A stretch of 63,871 nt of DNA, the filler included, from Hyphochytrium catenoides (Eukaryota > Protista > Hyphochytriomycota), in assembly GCA_900088475.1 (NCBI GenBank). It is 9 parts of 9 records of this genome, joined end to end, with 100 filler letters (N's around TTAATTAATTAA, not from the genome) between each part and the next. Parts side by side here need not be neighbours in the genome. Positions count along the whole stretch, not along the records: positions 24,411 to 39,073 come from FLMG01001691.1; 8 more parts are not named here. One strand, 5' to 3'. Below are positions 25,516 through 38,017 of this stretch, piece after piece. Positions within the stretch are counted from its first letter, which is position 1. Each line of letters opens with the position of its first letter. A model generated the notes under the pieces. That model made no database searches. It saw only the letters and a program-made list of their open reading frames with translations, and was not told where the DNA came from. Made by a program: the position numbers and the translations under genes.

Positions 25516-26714
25516 GAAGCAGGAAGAGGAAGAGACTGGCTCTTGCTGCACTGGTTGCGTGTGGTGGTTGGTCTATGTGCGTACCATGACTAGATAACGA
25601 GACAGATTATGGTCCTAGTTCCCGACAGCGCAAGACAGAGTTACAATGGGGTATCGTAATGACCATTTTACTCTATAGCTCTACATTAGACAGAGCCTCA
25701 AGAGATAGCTCCTGACCGCCGCAGCCTAAGGTTGAGATATGCATTGGACGGTAAACCTCCACCCCACTGGCCATATTACTACTCCCACAGGGCACCCGTC
25801 AGTCAATATAGACATGGGCCGCTGGAGGTATCCGTAGTAGTACGCCAACGGCCAATAGTGAATGCGGGTTGTGCAGTTGTGCAGCCGAAAATAATCTGTT
25901 CGAAGATTATTGGATACAGACAGAAAGACGTGTTGTGGCTGTGATTGTTCCACTCGTTTGCAAGCAAGCAGACAGAGGACAGAGGAGCCTTGACTAGGCA
26001 CCCCAAGGTGTACAAAGGTGAAAGGAGGCGAAGTGCAGCAACCAATGTGATGCACGATTGTTTGGTCTTCTCGAACTGGTGAGAGCCCTTGTCACGTGTT
26101 TTCCTGCATTATTTGGAGAGGGTGGACTACAGCCCTGTCGGAGCATATCTATCGTAAGCTCTGTCTGGTGACAGCCTTCAGAGCCGTAAGTCTTTACATA
26201 TCTCACCGTCCTCTATCTCGCACTCCCAAAAACTATTTTTGGGTCCTGAGCCAAAGTCGGGCTGGGATGATTCCCCTTGATTGTTGTAAATCAGTCTCAT
26301 TGGATTCATAATCGACACTCTTATAGTAAGGATATTACAGAATAACAGGCGATGGCCGTTGTGAGGATGCAGAGGTTGACGGCTTGCGGATGTGAAGCCT
26401 TCGACAGACAGAGAATCACTCGCTAACCATTTTTTTCAGAGTTCTATCAATTATAACCTGGACAATAGCACACAGCACGACCACCAGCAGAGCAAGGACG
26501 AAAGGACATCAACACGGACAGAACTTGGAGGGAAGCACACTTCTTCGCAAAACAGTGCAACGTGCAATGAAGGCAGCAACGTGGGGGCGATGAGGCCAAT
26601 GTCGTCTTTTAACACAGGTTCTTCGTGGTGTATGAGGTGCCAAGGCCTCAGGGCAGTAGCCAGTGTACTATTTATAGGGTAATATAACGCTTACAAAGAA
26701 GAAAGTCCATGGCT

Positions 26715-29700
26715 TCAGCCCGAGATCACCATCCGGAGCAGTTGCTGGATGCGGGCATCATTCTTTGCGATGGAGGCCTTCAGGGCGTTGATCTTAGCGA
26801 CTTGCTCCTTGACCTGCAAAGACCATTGGGACAGTAGGAGAGGGGAGGGGTGAGAGCTCTTTCGTTTCTAAGATATAAAGTGTGGATATGGTGCCAAGCG
26901 GAAAGAGAGCACAGCATTCAAACGCAGCTACGTACTGCGGCCAAGACAAAAGCTAGGAGGCAAGAAACAGAATGTTCATACTGTCTGTCCATAACCTGCT
27001 CTGTCAGTTCAACAATTTGGAGCTTCGTCTGCTGCGTCGACTCCTCAGTGGCCTTCTGTTCTTTCTCTAAGAGGACAAGATCCTTGCTATACTCTGCCCG
27101 CCAATAGCTGAGCTCCTTCACCATAGTCTCCACGTCATCATGGACGTAATCCATACATTTCCCTATAACCCACCATGTCATGAATGATAGCAACACAATT
27201 CAGGAGAAAGCCCAAGGATGATAAAAAGTCGGGAGAGACGAACGAGAGAGAAGAAGAGAGAGGAAATTCAAATATTCATGAGCGAGACGCAGCTGCAGAC
27301 TGGACATGCTATCTTGAGAGCGAGACAGATCGGGAATGGAGACGCTAATGGGAAAGAACGAGAGTAGAGAGAGAGAGAGGACATGGGAGAGTTGAACGAT
27401 AGAGGAAAGAAGCCATACCAAGAGGGTTGCTAGCCTGACAAAGCTTCTGGATGGACTTCCGAAGGTTATCGATTTGTTCTTGCGTGAAAGTCCCTGTGTT
27501 TGCCACGCCAAGCATCTCCGCCGTCTTCTTTAATCTTCCAAGCCTAGACAATAGGGAGGGAGTCACCAAACCTCCATCGCGTTGCTTCAAGGAGATGAGG
27601 ATAGATGAAGGAAGGACACGAACTCGGCGGAGCACCAATATCGGTAGGAGTGAAAGAGCAGTCTAAGAGACAGAAGAGATAGGGGAGCTCGATAGAGATT
27701 GAGAAACTTGAGGGGCGGCTTACCTAATTCCTGAATCTGATTTCTTGTCCTCCTCCTCCTTCTTAGCCTCCTCCGCGGTTTGCTTGGAGTCGCTCAAGAT
27801 GTTCCTCACCAGTTTGCCTGCTCAGAGGAAAGAGACGAGTTAATAAGAGGCTGAGCCAGGGACCGTATTCTAGCTAAGTGCCGAGGGGTGCAGGAAGGTA
27901 GGGCAAACGCTGTATAGGGATGGAAGCACTACTAATTGTTGCGAGCTCCATGAGGGAGAAGAATATAAAGGGGAGAACTGATAATCGCATACCATGCTTC
28001 TCGCCGTCAATGGCAGAGATCTGAGCTGCCCTGACGGACCCGCCTTCGTTATCACTACCCTCTCCCTCACTATCACTGTTGGCTCCCTCTTTCATGATAT
28101 GGGTAGGAGCCGCTACTTTCACCTCAGCAGCGCTGGGCCTAGTAGGTTGAAAAAGAGATTCGTTCTTCGTCAGCGTGGTGTCCATTTGGCCTAGACATCG
28201 CCCCGTCCGGCACTATCTTTGTTTCTCTTTACCAAGTTTGTGCGCAGACTCTACGTGATGTCACCGCTCGTAAATTCTATCCCAATATATTGAACTCTGT
28301 TCTCTCTGTCTCTGACCCTCTATCCCTCTTTTTCTTTCTCCACCTTTCGGCGGTTTGCTCCCTCTCTTGTGTCTCTACTACTAATGAGTAGGTCCTCGCC
28401 TTTCACTCGGATTCTTTTGGCCCCTTCGCACTTGATAGGCTCACCTGTCTACTTCTCTGACATTCTCTTTTAGCTTAGGTGGTTTTCTCCTAGCAGTGGT
28501 GGGTCGGGCCGTCTTCCGGGATGTAGACGGGGCAGGTGTTGGATCATCGTCCCCTTGCCGAGGTGACGCCGGCGGAAGACTCTAAGAGGAGTACGGAGTC
28601 AGGACAAACGGTGATGACAACAGTAGTGAGTCTAACCTCAAGCCTACGTACTGCCAGATATATGTTGCGAAGAGCATGAAGGGAATAACTATAAAGCATG
28701 AACTTTTTCGAAGACCAGAAGGAGAGTGGAATGAAAGAAGACTGAACGACACGAGGCGATAGAAACCCCTTGCAAAACTTTTGAACATTGTCCTGACATA
28801 CCACTTGCTCTGCACTTGGCTTTGCTGCTTTGAGTTCCACCTCCTGTTGTTTCGCAGCAGCCTTACTACCCTCTCCATCCGTCTTGGCAGGAGCTTTCTC
28901 CTCAGCCTTCGCTGCAGACGCACCAGAAGATGGACGAGAGGATTCCTTGGGTTGGGAGGAGTCTGTAGCTTTTGGAGGAGCAGAAGGCTCGCTGGGACAA
29001 TGCGGTGAGGTGATGGTGAGGTTCATCAAAGTGTGATGTGGATGAGGCAAAGAGGCTGATCATACTAAAAGGTGTAAAAGTCGGCAAGTGAGAGCGTAGA
29101 TAGCCACAGCGAGGATAGTCAACCTGATAGGCGCCTTCTGGCTCTCAGCTGGAGCGCTGTCTTCCCCTCTTAGAGCGGCCTGAACGGCAGCGTCGGAGTT
29201 CCCTCTAAATAAAGCAATGGTTAGACAAGAAGCATGAAGGTCTAATTTCCAGTGCCACACCGTGAGCGAGGTGTGAATAAGGTAGGAGAGACTGAGAGAG
29301 CGAGAGAAAGAAAGAGAACGAAAAAGAGACGTACAGTTTGCAGCGGACAGTCAGCAAGACGGTAAAGGAATTATCGCTAGCATAGTGATCCTCACACGTA
29401 GCACCACACCCAGCATATGAGCTAACAGTTAATAAACACCGAAGGACTAAAGCGAGAAAATGCCAGCAATAGTTCATAGAGAAGCAGACTTACGACTGTG
29501 CTGCGACTGCTAGCAGCTGTAAGAAGGCATTCGTCTTCTCACTCTCCAGTCCCGCCACAATCTTAGCCGGTCGAGCTTCCACCTGCACCCCCAGCTGCGC
29601 ACTGACGCAGCGTATGATCTTAGTCAAGAAGGCAATCTTCGTATCTTTGTCCTTATTCGCGGACTCCAGTTCTGCCTCTGAGAAGAGTCCCGCTGCGAAC

Positions 29701-31457
29701 CCCGTAACTCGTGTGACTTCAGTGACGATGTCCTGAAGGAAGCGGAAAGGAGGTTTTCCTAGGAGCTTCTCTGTCAGTTTCGGCGTTGTAATAAGCTTGC
29801 CCAGCGTCTCCTGAGTACGAGGAATGTCGCCATTGCACTCTGCAATCTATGATACTAGCGTTAGCAGTCACGTTCCTGGTGTCCGTCTTCTAGACTAATT
29901 CAGTCTGTCTTCTTTCGGCTTGTCCCTTCGTACTCTCAATCTTACTGCCTTATCTTACTCTCCACGCTCTAGCGAAGGGCGCTCATAGACATTATCCCCA
30001 ATTTGTTAAGCGACTTCCTCTTCAAATATACGGGCCAAAGCGTTAACTTCACCTGAGAGCCAACGCCGCCACTAGGCTTCTTGGCTGTGGCAGGTTCGTT
30101 TGAAATGGCCTTGCTTTCAGCCACTGGAGGAGGCGCGGAAGCGGATTTATTCGCCTTAGCGGCTCTTTCTTCTTCCTCAGCCCTTCTTGCCTTCGCTTCT
30201 CTCTCCTTTGTCTCCCTTTCCTGTTCCTCTGCCCGTTTTGCCGCGGCTCTATCCTCAAGTGCCTTTTCTTCTGCCCTTCTTGCAGAGTCTGCCCTTGCTT
30301 TGTCCTCCCGTTCTTTTTCTTCCGACTGCTGCTGCTGCGTGGCTGAGGTTAGAGACCATGAGGAGGAGGCTGGGAGTAGAGTTGACCCGGCTAGCACTGC
30401 TAGCGTACCTTCTGCGGCCTCTCCTTGTCTTCATCACCACCCTTACTCTCTTCCCTCTTAGCTTCGCTTGGAGCAGCAGAGGGCGGTGCACTCCCTCTTT
30501 GACTTTTCTTAGGTGCGGGTAGCTCTCCAGGTTTGGCTCCCGCTAAGGTTCGCCTTACTGCTTCTTCATTGTCTGTGTCTGGGTCTGAGGCCACCTTGGC
30601 TAGAGCCTAGACCAGGCATCAAGACAGAGAGAGCAAAAGAGACGACCATAGCAAAGGGAAGCGTAAGACTCCGTTGTAATGTGGAAAGGTGAGGCGCTGG
30701 ATGTGACGGGGAAGAAGCAAGCTGCGCGATTTCGCTAGGCCAGAGAGGTAATCCCTCGAGGAAGGAGCGAAATGAGTCAGGAATACCGACGCCAGGAGAA
30801 TGAGTAAACTTCCTGGGAAACGTTCTAAACTTGCTGATGCGCGGTCGAGAGTCATCCAGAAGTGCCAGGTCTCCCTACCTGGAGCCAGATGTTAGTGTTC
30901 TCAGGTTCTGCACCGGCGACGATCTTGCTTGGCCGACAGTCAATGGCCTGGCCCGTGCAAATTCCGACAATGTCTATGGCCTTCTGTAGAAAGTTGAGCT
31001 TGGCCTGTTTGTTCTCCTTGATGGCCTGCCATGATGGTTAGGGTGAGTATAGACTGTGGCTTCTTCTCTCTCTCTCTCATTCTCTCTTGTTTGCTCGTTT
31101 CTTCTCTTGTTCTCCCTCTCCCTGAGGCAGGGCAGAGGTAGTGACCTGTATCTAAGAAGAGCACTTCTTCCCTCTTCTTCAAGAGAAGGGCTGTTTGCTG
31201 ATCTCTCTCACTCTTATATCCCTTGTTTTTGCCTGCAGCACTTCTCTTCCGTGATCGGGCGGCAGTACCTCTGTGTCCAACTCTTCTGGAGTGAACAGAC
31301 CCTTTGTGAAGCCCGTGCTTTCAGCGACAGCAGTGATAATATCATGCAGAAAGCGGAAAGGAGGCTTGGAAAGGAGTTTATCGTTTAGCTTAGGCTTGGC
31401 GAACAGGGGCTGAAGAAGTTGCTGAGTCTTTGGCGTCAGCTGCTCTAGCGGCTCCAT
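26715..31457 (-). CDS. TRAF3IP1: IFT54/TRAF3IP1 (MIP-T3) with two N-terminal CH-type domains and a C-terminal coiled coil
   Basis: [21 protein letters not shown]...[16 protein letters not shown], then a second copy [21 protein letters not shown]...[17 protein letters not shown]-terminus [19 protein letters not shown]|[17 protein letters not shown]...[21 protein letters not shown]. Confidence 0.93.
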
Positions 31458-32702
31458 TGTTGGTCCTGGCTGCACTCAGCCCCAGCGATTGATGTTCCTG
31501 TGCGAATTTAATAGATACGTTGGGTGGGAGAAGAGGGTGTCAAGGTCATCAAAACCTTGCTGTCTCTCAGAACTTTTGATAGAGACGGCGCAGAGGTAAC
31601 GAGCTCCAGACAAACAGATGCAGCAGGGTTGACCGCCGTGTTCAGAGATAGTTCGAGACACCGCAGGACAGAAAGTAGGAGAAAGAAAGAGATACACAGA
31701 TAGACAGAGAGAGAGAGAGACAGAGAGAGAGAGAGAGCGCGCAGCTTGCAGCTCGCGGTCTTGGACGATAGGTTGAGTGATCATCAGTGTCAAGAGGACG
31801 GGGCGAAGCGACATTCCATAGGAACCGTTTCCCAGTCTATTCTGTAGGGCCAACTAATACAAAGGAGATGACCGTCAGCGTTAGCGGCTTCCAGATGCCT
31901 GTTCATCTAAATCAATCGATTACTAAACTGGCTGTACAAAATGTTTAGTTACCAGACTAAGGTAACCATTTATAGATCCGCTATTTGATTATCTGTCTCA
32001 CCTCTTCGCTAGGCTGTGGGAATTGATAGTCCCCGATCCATAAACCTGTAACCACTTCCTTCAATTGGGGGCACTGATCCTTATACACCCTCTAAGCTCT
32101 CTCTCTGACTCTCTCTCTCCCACTCCTCTCTCTCCATAGCTCTCTCTGTCTCTCTCTCACTCATTCTGTCTCTCTCTCTCTCTCTCTCTCTTGTTCTCTG
32201 TCTCTCCCTCTCTCTCTCTCTCACTTCTTCCGCTCTCACTCTCTTTCTGTGTGTCTCTGCCTCTCTGTCTCTCTGTCTCTGTCTTTCTCTCGCTCTCTCT
32301 CTCTCGCCGCTCCTCTCTCTTTCTTCCTCTCATCAAGTGGTCTCTGCCTTTTGTCTCTTGGGTCATCTTCACGTCAAGCTTGAGTCCAGCAAGGTCCACG
32401 CTGACTCTCACGCAACATCGCGGTGCATCTGAGCTCGGCTCCGTCAACAGAGCAAGCAGCAAGCAGAAACCAGGCGATCTCTTGTCCCACAACGGCCTTT
32501 GACCTGTCCCGTCTATTTTTTAGTCAGAAGGCTAAGACCGATGCATTCGTAGAGAATTGTCCTGCGCCGCCAAGGACTGGAACAGACCGGAGGAGAAGAC
32601 CGGAGGGGAAGAAAGCAGACGACTGGGTTTTCTCTTCTATTTCCTTTTGGTGACTCAGTATCGTCGGCTCGCCAAGTGTACGATATACGACCCTAAAGCA
32701 AC

Positions 32703-34739
32703 ATGGCTTGGCTCTTTGGTGTCGCTCTCTCCGTCACGGCGACAGTATGTGGTACACTGGGGAAAGTGCTGATGAAGCTGAGCCACAATAGAGGAGGAGA
32801 TATGGTCATTTTTGCTTTCGCCATCAGCCTCGTGATGATCCTAAACCCCTTGCTGGACGCTATGAGCTATGGATATGCTGCTCAGGTGCATTTCGATTGT
32901 CCTATTTGCTTCTCCTCTACCGCGAGGCAAGAGACATTCTCGCCTTTGTGCCTTATCCAGGCATCTGCTCTACTGCCACTGTGCCTTTGCTGTACTTTCG
33001 GACTTTCTCTCTTTCTCTCTTCTCTCTCCTTCTCCCTCTCTTTCTCTCTCTCTCTTTCCCCCCTCCTCGTCTGGACCCAAGCAGATACCATCTTCTCCTA
33101 ACTCGATTTTGAGTTCATCCTTTCGAACTTTGCGAAGGTCTCTGGGCCTACTCTTTTGTCCTCTGGTGGCTCCTTCTGTCAACTTTCCTCCCGGAGAGCT
33201 TTCGTTTATATCTGCCCGCCTTTAACCCTCGATTTGTCCCTATTGCTCACGCTCGCTCCTCCCATCACTGTTCCCTTTCCGTCTCCCTGTCTGCCCGTGT
33301 GCTCCTATCTGGGTACAGTCTATTCTGGCACCGATGTCCGGCTTAAGTGTGGTCTGGAACATCATGCTCTCTCCCTACCTCCTCAAAGAATCTCTAAGGA
33401 CGACAGATCTGTTGGGAACACTATTCGTAGTTGCGGGCTGTGCGATCGTGGGCCTGGCGGGGAGCCATGAGACGCCAGAACATTCCACCGAGGAGCTGTT
33501 TGGACTGTTCGTCTCTGAGAGCTTCACTTTGTACATGCTCTTCCTGGCCGCTTGGATAGCTTCGGTAAGAGTAGCTGCCTCTTTTGTTTCGTAAAAGTGG
33601 TAATTAGAAGGGGGATACAAGTCCCAAGGGAGTTGTCACGGCGAGAGCAAGGAGAATAGAATGATAGCACTGAGCGCCATCTGAGGCTGATCTTTCTTGC
33701 ATGTCTCTTTTTATAACTGCTGACTCTCCACTTGCCGATCAATCTTACCTGTGCCGCGTACATCCCTTGTCTCTAGCTATTCTGGATTATTAAGCAGAGA
33801 TCGCAGCGGAGCCATCTTCGCCGCTTTGCTTTTGGAGCGTTGGCTGGCACTGTCGGAGGGAACCTGTTCTTCGTTAAGGTTAGTGGGTAGAACACTGTGA
33901 AGCTGAGGTTTCTGCATCCTGTCTCTCTCTTGTTTACCTCTAAGCTGTCATGTCTCTTTGTCTCTTTCGTGTCATTCGCACTAACTCCAATTTTGCCCCT
34001 TAAGCTTAGTCATCTTTCCTAACGGTTTTATCTGATCCTTTCTGTTTTCCTCCTCCATTAGGCCTTCGTCGAGTTGGCCAAGAACGGCCATGGCGTGTGG
34101 TCTGTCCCTGGAATCTACATTATCCTTATAGCTGCGCTTGTATCAGCCGGAGGGGGATTGTACATCCTTAATGCTGCCCTACGGCAATATGAGGCAATTT
34201 ACCTTGTATCCGTGTACCAAAGCTTCCTTATTATTATAGGTAAGCCGGGGAAGAGGAGTCATGGCACTTAACTGTTCTGTCCAACTGGGCATCTCTAGTA
34301 TCCATCCATCTGCCTCTACGGCTTTGTCGATTGATACCATCTCCCCATTGTACTAAGGATTGGTCGGTATATTGTTTAATCTTTGTTTCAAGTCTCTCAT
34401 AAACAATCTGTGGGTGCTTCCAGCGAGGGAGGCTCGTCCCACTTTTACCCTTCTCGGCTGGCGAGACGCGACTGTGCATACTCACTGTTGTCACACCCTC
34501 TCTCGGTGCATAATCTGCTAGGCGCCGTCTCCGGAGTGGTCTTCTTTAATGAGCTGGATGGAATGTCTGCAGTGAGAAGAGTGGCTTACGTTTGCGGCCT
34601 ATTCACTGCCATAATCGGTATTCGCGTATTGACTACCAGTGATGAGCCAGTTAGACCTGACTGCGTTACCGAAAAGGGTTCAGAGGTAGAACCTCTGCTG
34701 CCTAATGGTCACAGTCACGGCGACGCGATGTTGGTTTAA
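32703..34739 (+). CDS. NIPA/DMT-family magnesium transporter
   Basis: Multi-TM spliced product: LDAMSYGYAAQ|SILAPMSGLSVVWNIMLSPYLLKE...LGTLFVVAGCAIV, LNAALRQYEAIYLVSVYQSFLIIIG|AVSGVVFFNEL. Confidence 0.85.
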
Positions 34740-35243
34740 TGGCTTCTACATCCTTTGTACTAGTAACACCTCTTCTTTCTCTTTCATTTACCTCTCTCTT
34801 CGTCCTTACGGCTCTGTATAGTATGTATGGACCGCCTGTGTATCCTAAGAGGTATGTCCTAGTTGGGCATACTGAGTACCAGTGTAAATTCTAAGCTTCA
34901 CTAGGCATAAAGGAGTTTGCAGCACTACCGGTCTCCCCTCAGATCCCAGCATTCCTCTATAAACTCTCTTCTTCACCAAGCTCCTGCTGCGAAATCCTTC
35001 CGTCTGTCCTGTTGGCTGCCCAGTACCTCACTTCGGCGACACTGTGGCACTATCTGGGAAGCCTGTTAACAATGTCATCAGAGATTATGTTCCCAAAATA
35101 GTCGTACTTTAGGAAAGTGCTGGTTTAATAGCGAGAATCTCAACAATTCAAGCAGCTAGCTCTAGCACCAACTTGACATCGATCACACGCTTTTTATTCT
35201 ACATCATCATCGCCATCATCATGACCAATGAACTCTCCGTACT

Positions 35244-35978
35244 CTAGGTAGAAGGGTCCACTCCATCTGTCGCTTTCATAGCTTCCCAGTCAGTTGCGCG
35301 AAAGGTTGTTGATACGAGGCGCTCCCCCTCCTTTTCCAGCTTTTTGCCCTTCTTTTTCTTAGCATACCAGTTGCTGTTTCTCCCAGCAGGAAGGGGACGA
35401 ACAGGCCGTTTGTGGATCTCTGAAGCCGTCCATATATAGGAGTCTGGCCTCCCAGGTGTGTGTCGGTTCAAGTGCTTCTGCCGCGCAAAGCTGCTTAGTG
35501 TGCGCCTGGCACGAGCAACAGTCTTCTGGATGTTGGCTTCAACAACATCCATGGCTTCCGGTGTTCCTTCCATATAAACAACCCTGGTATTCGGATTGCC
35601 AGGATGCCCATCATCTTCTTCTTGCTGCACGGTGATTCTCCGCATGCCAGGAGCCTGCTGCAAAGATTTAATATTCTTCCATCCTTTCGCACCAATGATT
35701 CTGCCAACCGACTCCACCGGCACATACAGAGTGCGACGGGAATGCACAGCAGCCTTCTTCTTTTCTTCTTCTTCTTTCTTCATCACTCGTGTTGTGCTCT
35801 TATGTTGACCCTTCTTCTGTCCAAGTGTTGCATCCTTGTCTTTCATTTGCACGCCTTTACTCTTCTCAGAGTCCCCTTCAACACTATCATCAAAGGACGC
35901 TGAAAATCCGAAAAAGAAGTTACAATGCTGCTGCTGCTGCCGACGAAGATCATCAACAGCGCTGTGGCCACCACTCAT
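35244..35978 (-). CDS. Intronless protein with a single KH RNA-binding domain
   Basis: TLYVPVESVGRIIGAKGWKNIKSLQQAPGMRRITV...RVVYMEGTPEAMDVVEANI is a type I KH fold with a GxxG loop. First ATG at 35978. Confidence 0.65.
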   Translation of the reverse strand: MSGGHSAVDDLRRQQQQHCNFFFGFSASFDDSVEGDSEKSKGVQMKDKDATLGQKKGQHKSTTRVMKKEEEEKKKAAVHSRRTLYVPVESVGRIIGAKGWKNIKSLQQAPGMRRITVQQEEDDGHPGNPNTRVVYMEGTPEAMDVVEANIQKTVARARRTLSSFARQKHLNRHTPGRPDSYIWTASEIHKRPVRPLPAGRNSNWYAKKKKGKKLEKEGERLVSTTFRATDWEAMKATDGVDPST

Positions 35979-36185
35979 TATTGAGAAGAATAACCTCCAC
36001 CCGTGCACGGTACGCAGATACAATTTAACGTGCTAACGTGGAAAAATCGGCAGCTTATGTATAATGACAGCCCAACCTTCTAGTCCGGCGCCGGCGGAGT
36101 ACTAGTAGTAAGTAGCGGTCAAGCCATCGCCTGTCCGTTTGTTGTTGCTCCGTCGCGCTTTTTGGTTTAGCGATTATTAGAAGCA

Positions 36186-36560
36186 ATGTCCCAGGGTTGA
36201 GTTCTTTCTCTTCCTTCTGCTGCTGGTGGTGATGCTCTCATTGATGATGTTATTATGTTGTACGCTCTACTATCTCCTCCTCGCCATCATCATCAGGGGC
36301 CGCCATAGCAAGAAGAGGGTAGTGCTACTACTACTACTTCTGATGGCGGTCTTGTCTTTGCTTACTTGTTCTTCTTCATTCTCATCATCAGCAGAAACAA
36401 CAGCACAAGAAGCGAAGGCTAGGACACGGCGGGACGGCGGGGTGGGACCGGGGGCCGGAGAAGGGGGTTGTTACCACCATAGTAGGCACAACATTACGGC
36501 GTTCCTTCTTCCAACTGACCAGGTTCTTTTTTTGGTGCCACTGCTGCTCTCGTAGACGCC
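36186..36560 (+). pseudogene. Possible decayed low-complexity ORF
   Basis: Frame MSQG*VLSLPSAAGGDALIDD...HHHQGPP*QEEGSATTTTSDGG...SEG*DTAG is interrupted by TGA/TAG. No recognisable homology. Confidence 0.25.
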
Positions 36561-38017
36561 GCAGCAGCAGCACGATGATGAGTTATTATCATCAGAAGAA
36601 GCAGCATGAGGAGGAGGAGAACAACAACAACGTCGTACCGCAGAGCTTACTAGGCTATAATAAGAGGGGCTCATGCTGTCTTCTGATGATGGTCTGATGA
36701 TGGCGTTGATCAATGGGCCTGGTGGCGGCTTATTATAAGTGGAGCTGAAGAGTCAGGTGTCCAATAAATGGAGGAGGGCGAAGAAACAACGAAACCCTCT
36801 TTCTTCCTTTTCTTTGCTTGCACTGTGAAGGCAAGGCCCCCTTTCCCTCCCGGGTCAGGACCCAAGGGGCATCACAAGGCGCTTCTTCTTCCTCTTCTTG
36901 CCCAGCGTTCAAGGTACATGGACACAGTTCGTTCGTAGTTGTATTTGCGTCACTAGCGAAGGACGTTAGCGGCTATCGTAGAGCTTGGGGAGAGTGGGGA
37001 GAGGAGAAGTGAGGAGCGCACCAGTAATGAGAACTGAGGTCACCTTGTACAGCCTCTGTCTGTCTCCTTCTAGCTGCTCGGTGCTCGGTACTGTCGCCGC
37101 TTATTCTGGGTCCTCTGGGCCGCATGCTCAGCTTTATTGACCGGTGGAGCGCTGGGTAGAGCACTTGCCGCGCATCATCTTAGTAGAGCTCCACCTCGCT
37201 ATTTCTTTCTTTGATTGGCGTCCGAGAGGAGCAGAGGAAGACAGAACCTTAAGGCTTCCTCCAGGCCCACTTTAATCAAGGGCGGCACGTAAAAACTCTA
37301 TCACTCTCCAAGCCACCGAGGTTGAACTTTTCAAGAGTATTCATCGTTCTTCATAGTACTTGCTGGATAGCGGTGTGGACTCATAAAGTAGCCTCCCTCA
37401 GCCAGAAGGGTTGTACGTCATCAGTATGTCCTCACGCCATCTGAAGCAGATAAGGCAGAGCAAAGTCTCCGATTTCTTTGCTTCAGAGGTAGGGCATCGG
37501 AATTTGTCTTGAAGGTCTACCTCCTCTAAACCTTTAACTTAGGCACTGGCAGACTCCTCCGATGAGGGAGAATCGTTATCAACTATCCAACACAGTCACC
37601 CAGCTACCGCTGCAGCCTTTTCACTACTGGATGTAAGTCTTTGGCCGTCTTCCGTTGCTGCGTCCTCCGCAGAATAGTTATTAAGCGAGATTATGATTAT
37701 TAGCTCTCAGACGCGAGCCAGATGACATCAGAAGACGATGACGAAGAGGAGAAAGGGGAGCCCATGGGAAAACGGCCAAACACTGACTCTAAGCAGAGTA
37801 GATCAGCTTCAGAGATGTCAGAGCGTCTTCATGCCCCGAGTGCAAAAGGTATGAAAAACCTTGGCTTATGGTACCTAAAGGCTAGGAAGAGACACCGGAT
37901 GAGAGAGATGAGGAGGCCCAGCAAACAAGAGCGTTACTTACACCGCCTGAGCGGGAGGAGATACGCGCAAGGAACGATTCAGCGCAAGATAGGAAAGAAA
38001 GACGGTGGTTTTTGTGA

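Noticed and set aside
373-31457. Ciliary gene cluster (IFT52, kinesin-4, IFT54, plus the channel-cyclase)
   Set aside because: Only IFT52 and the kinesin share a contig; the others are separated by artificial joins.
31948-31966. GTTACC-N7-GGTAAC inverted repeat upstream of IFT54 as an RFX X-box
   Set aside because: The spacer is too long for an X-box, it is a single instance, and there is no evidence for RFX in this lineage.
36186-36560. Stop-codon reassignment (TAG/TGA read as sense)
   Set aside because: Bona fide genes here end in TAG (NOM1, PWP2), TGA (IFT54) and TAA, and conserved exons have no internal stops.
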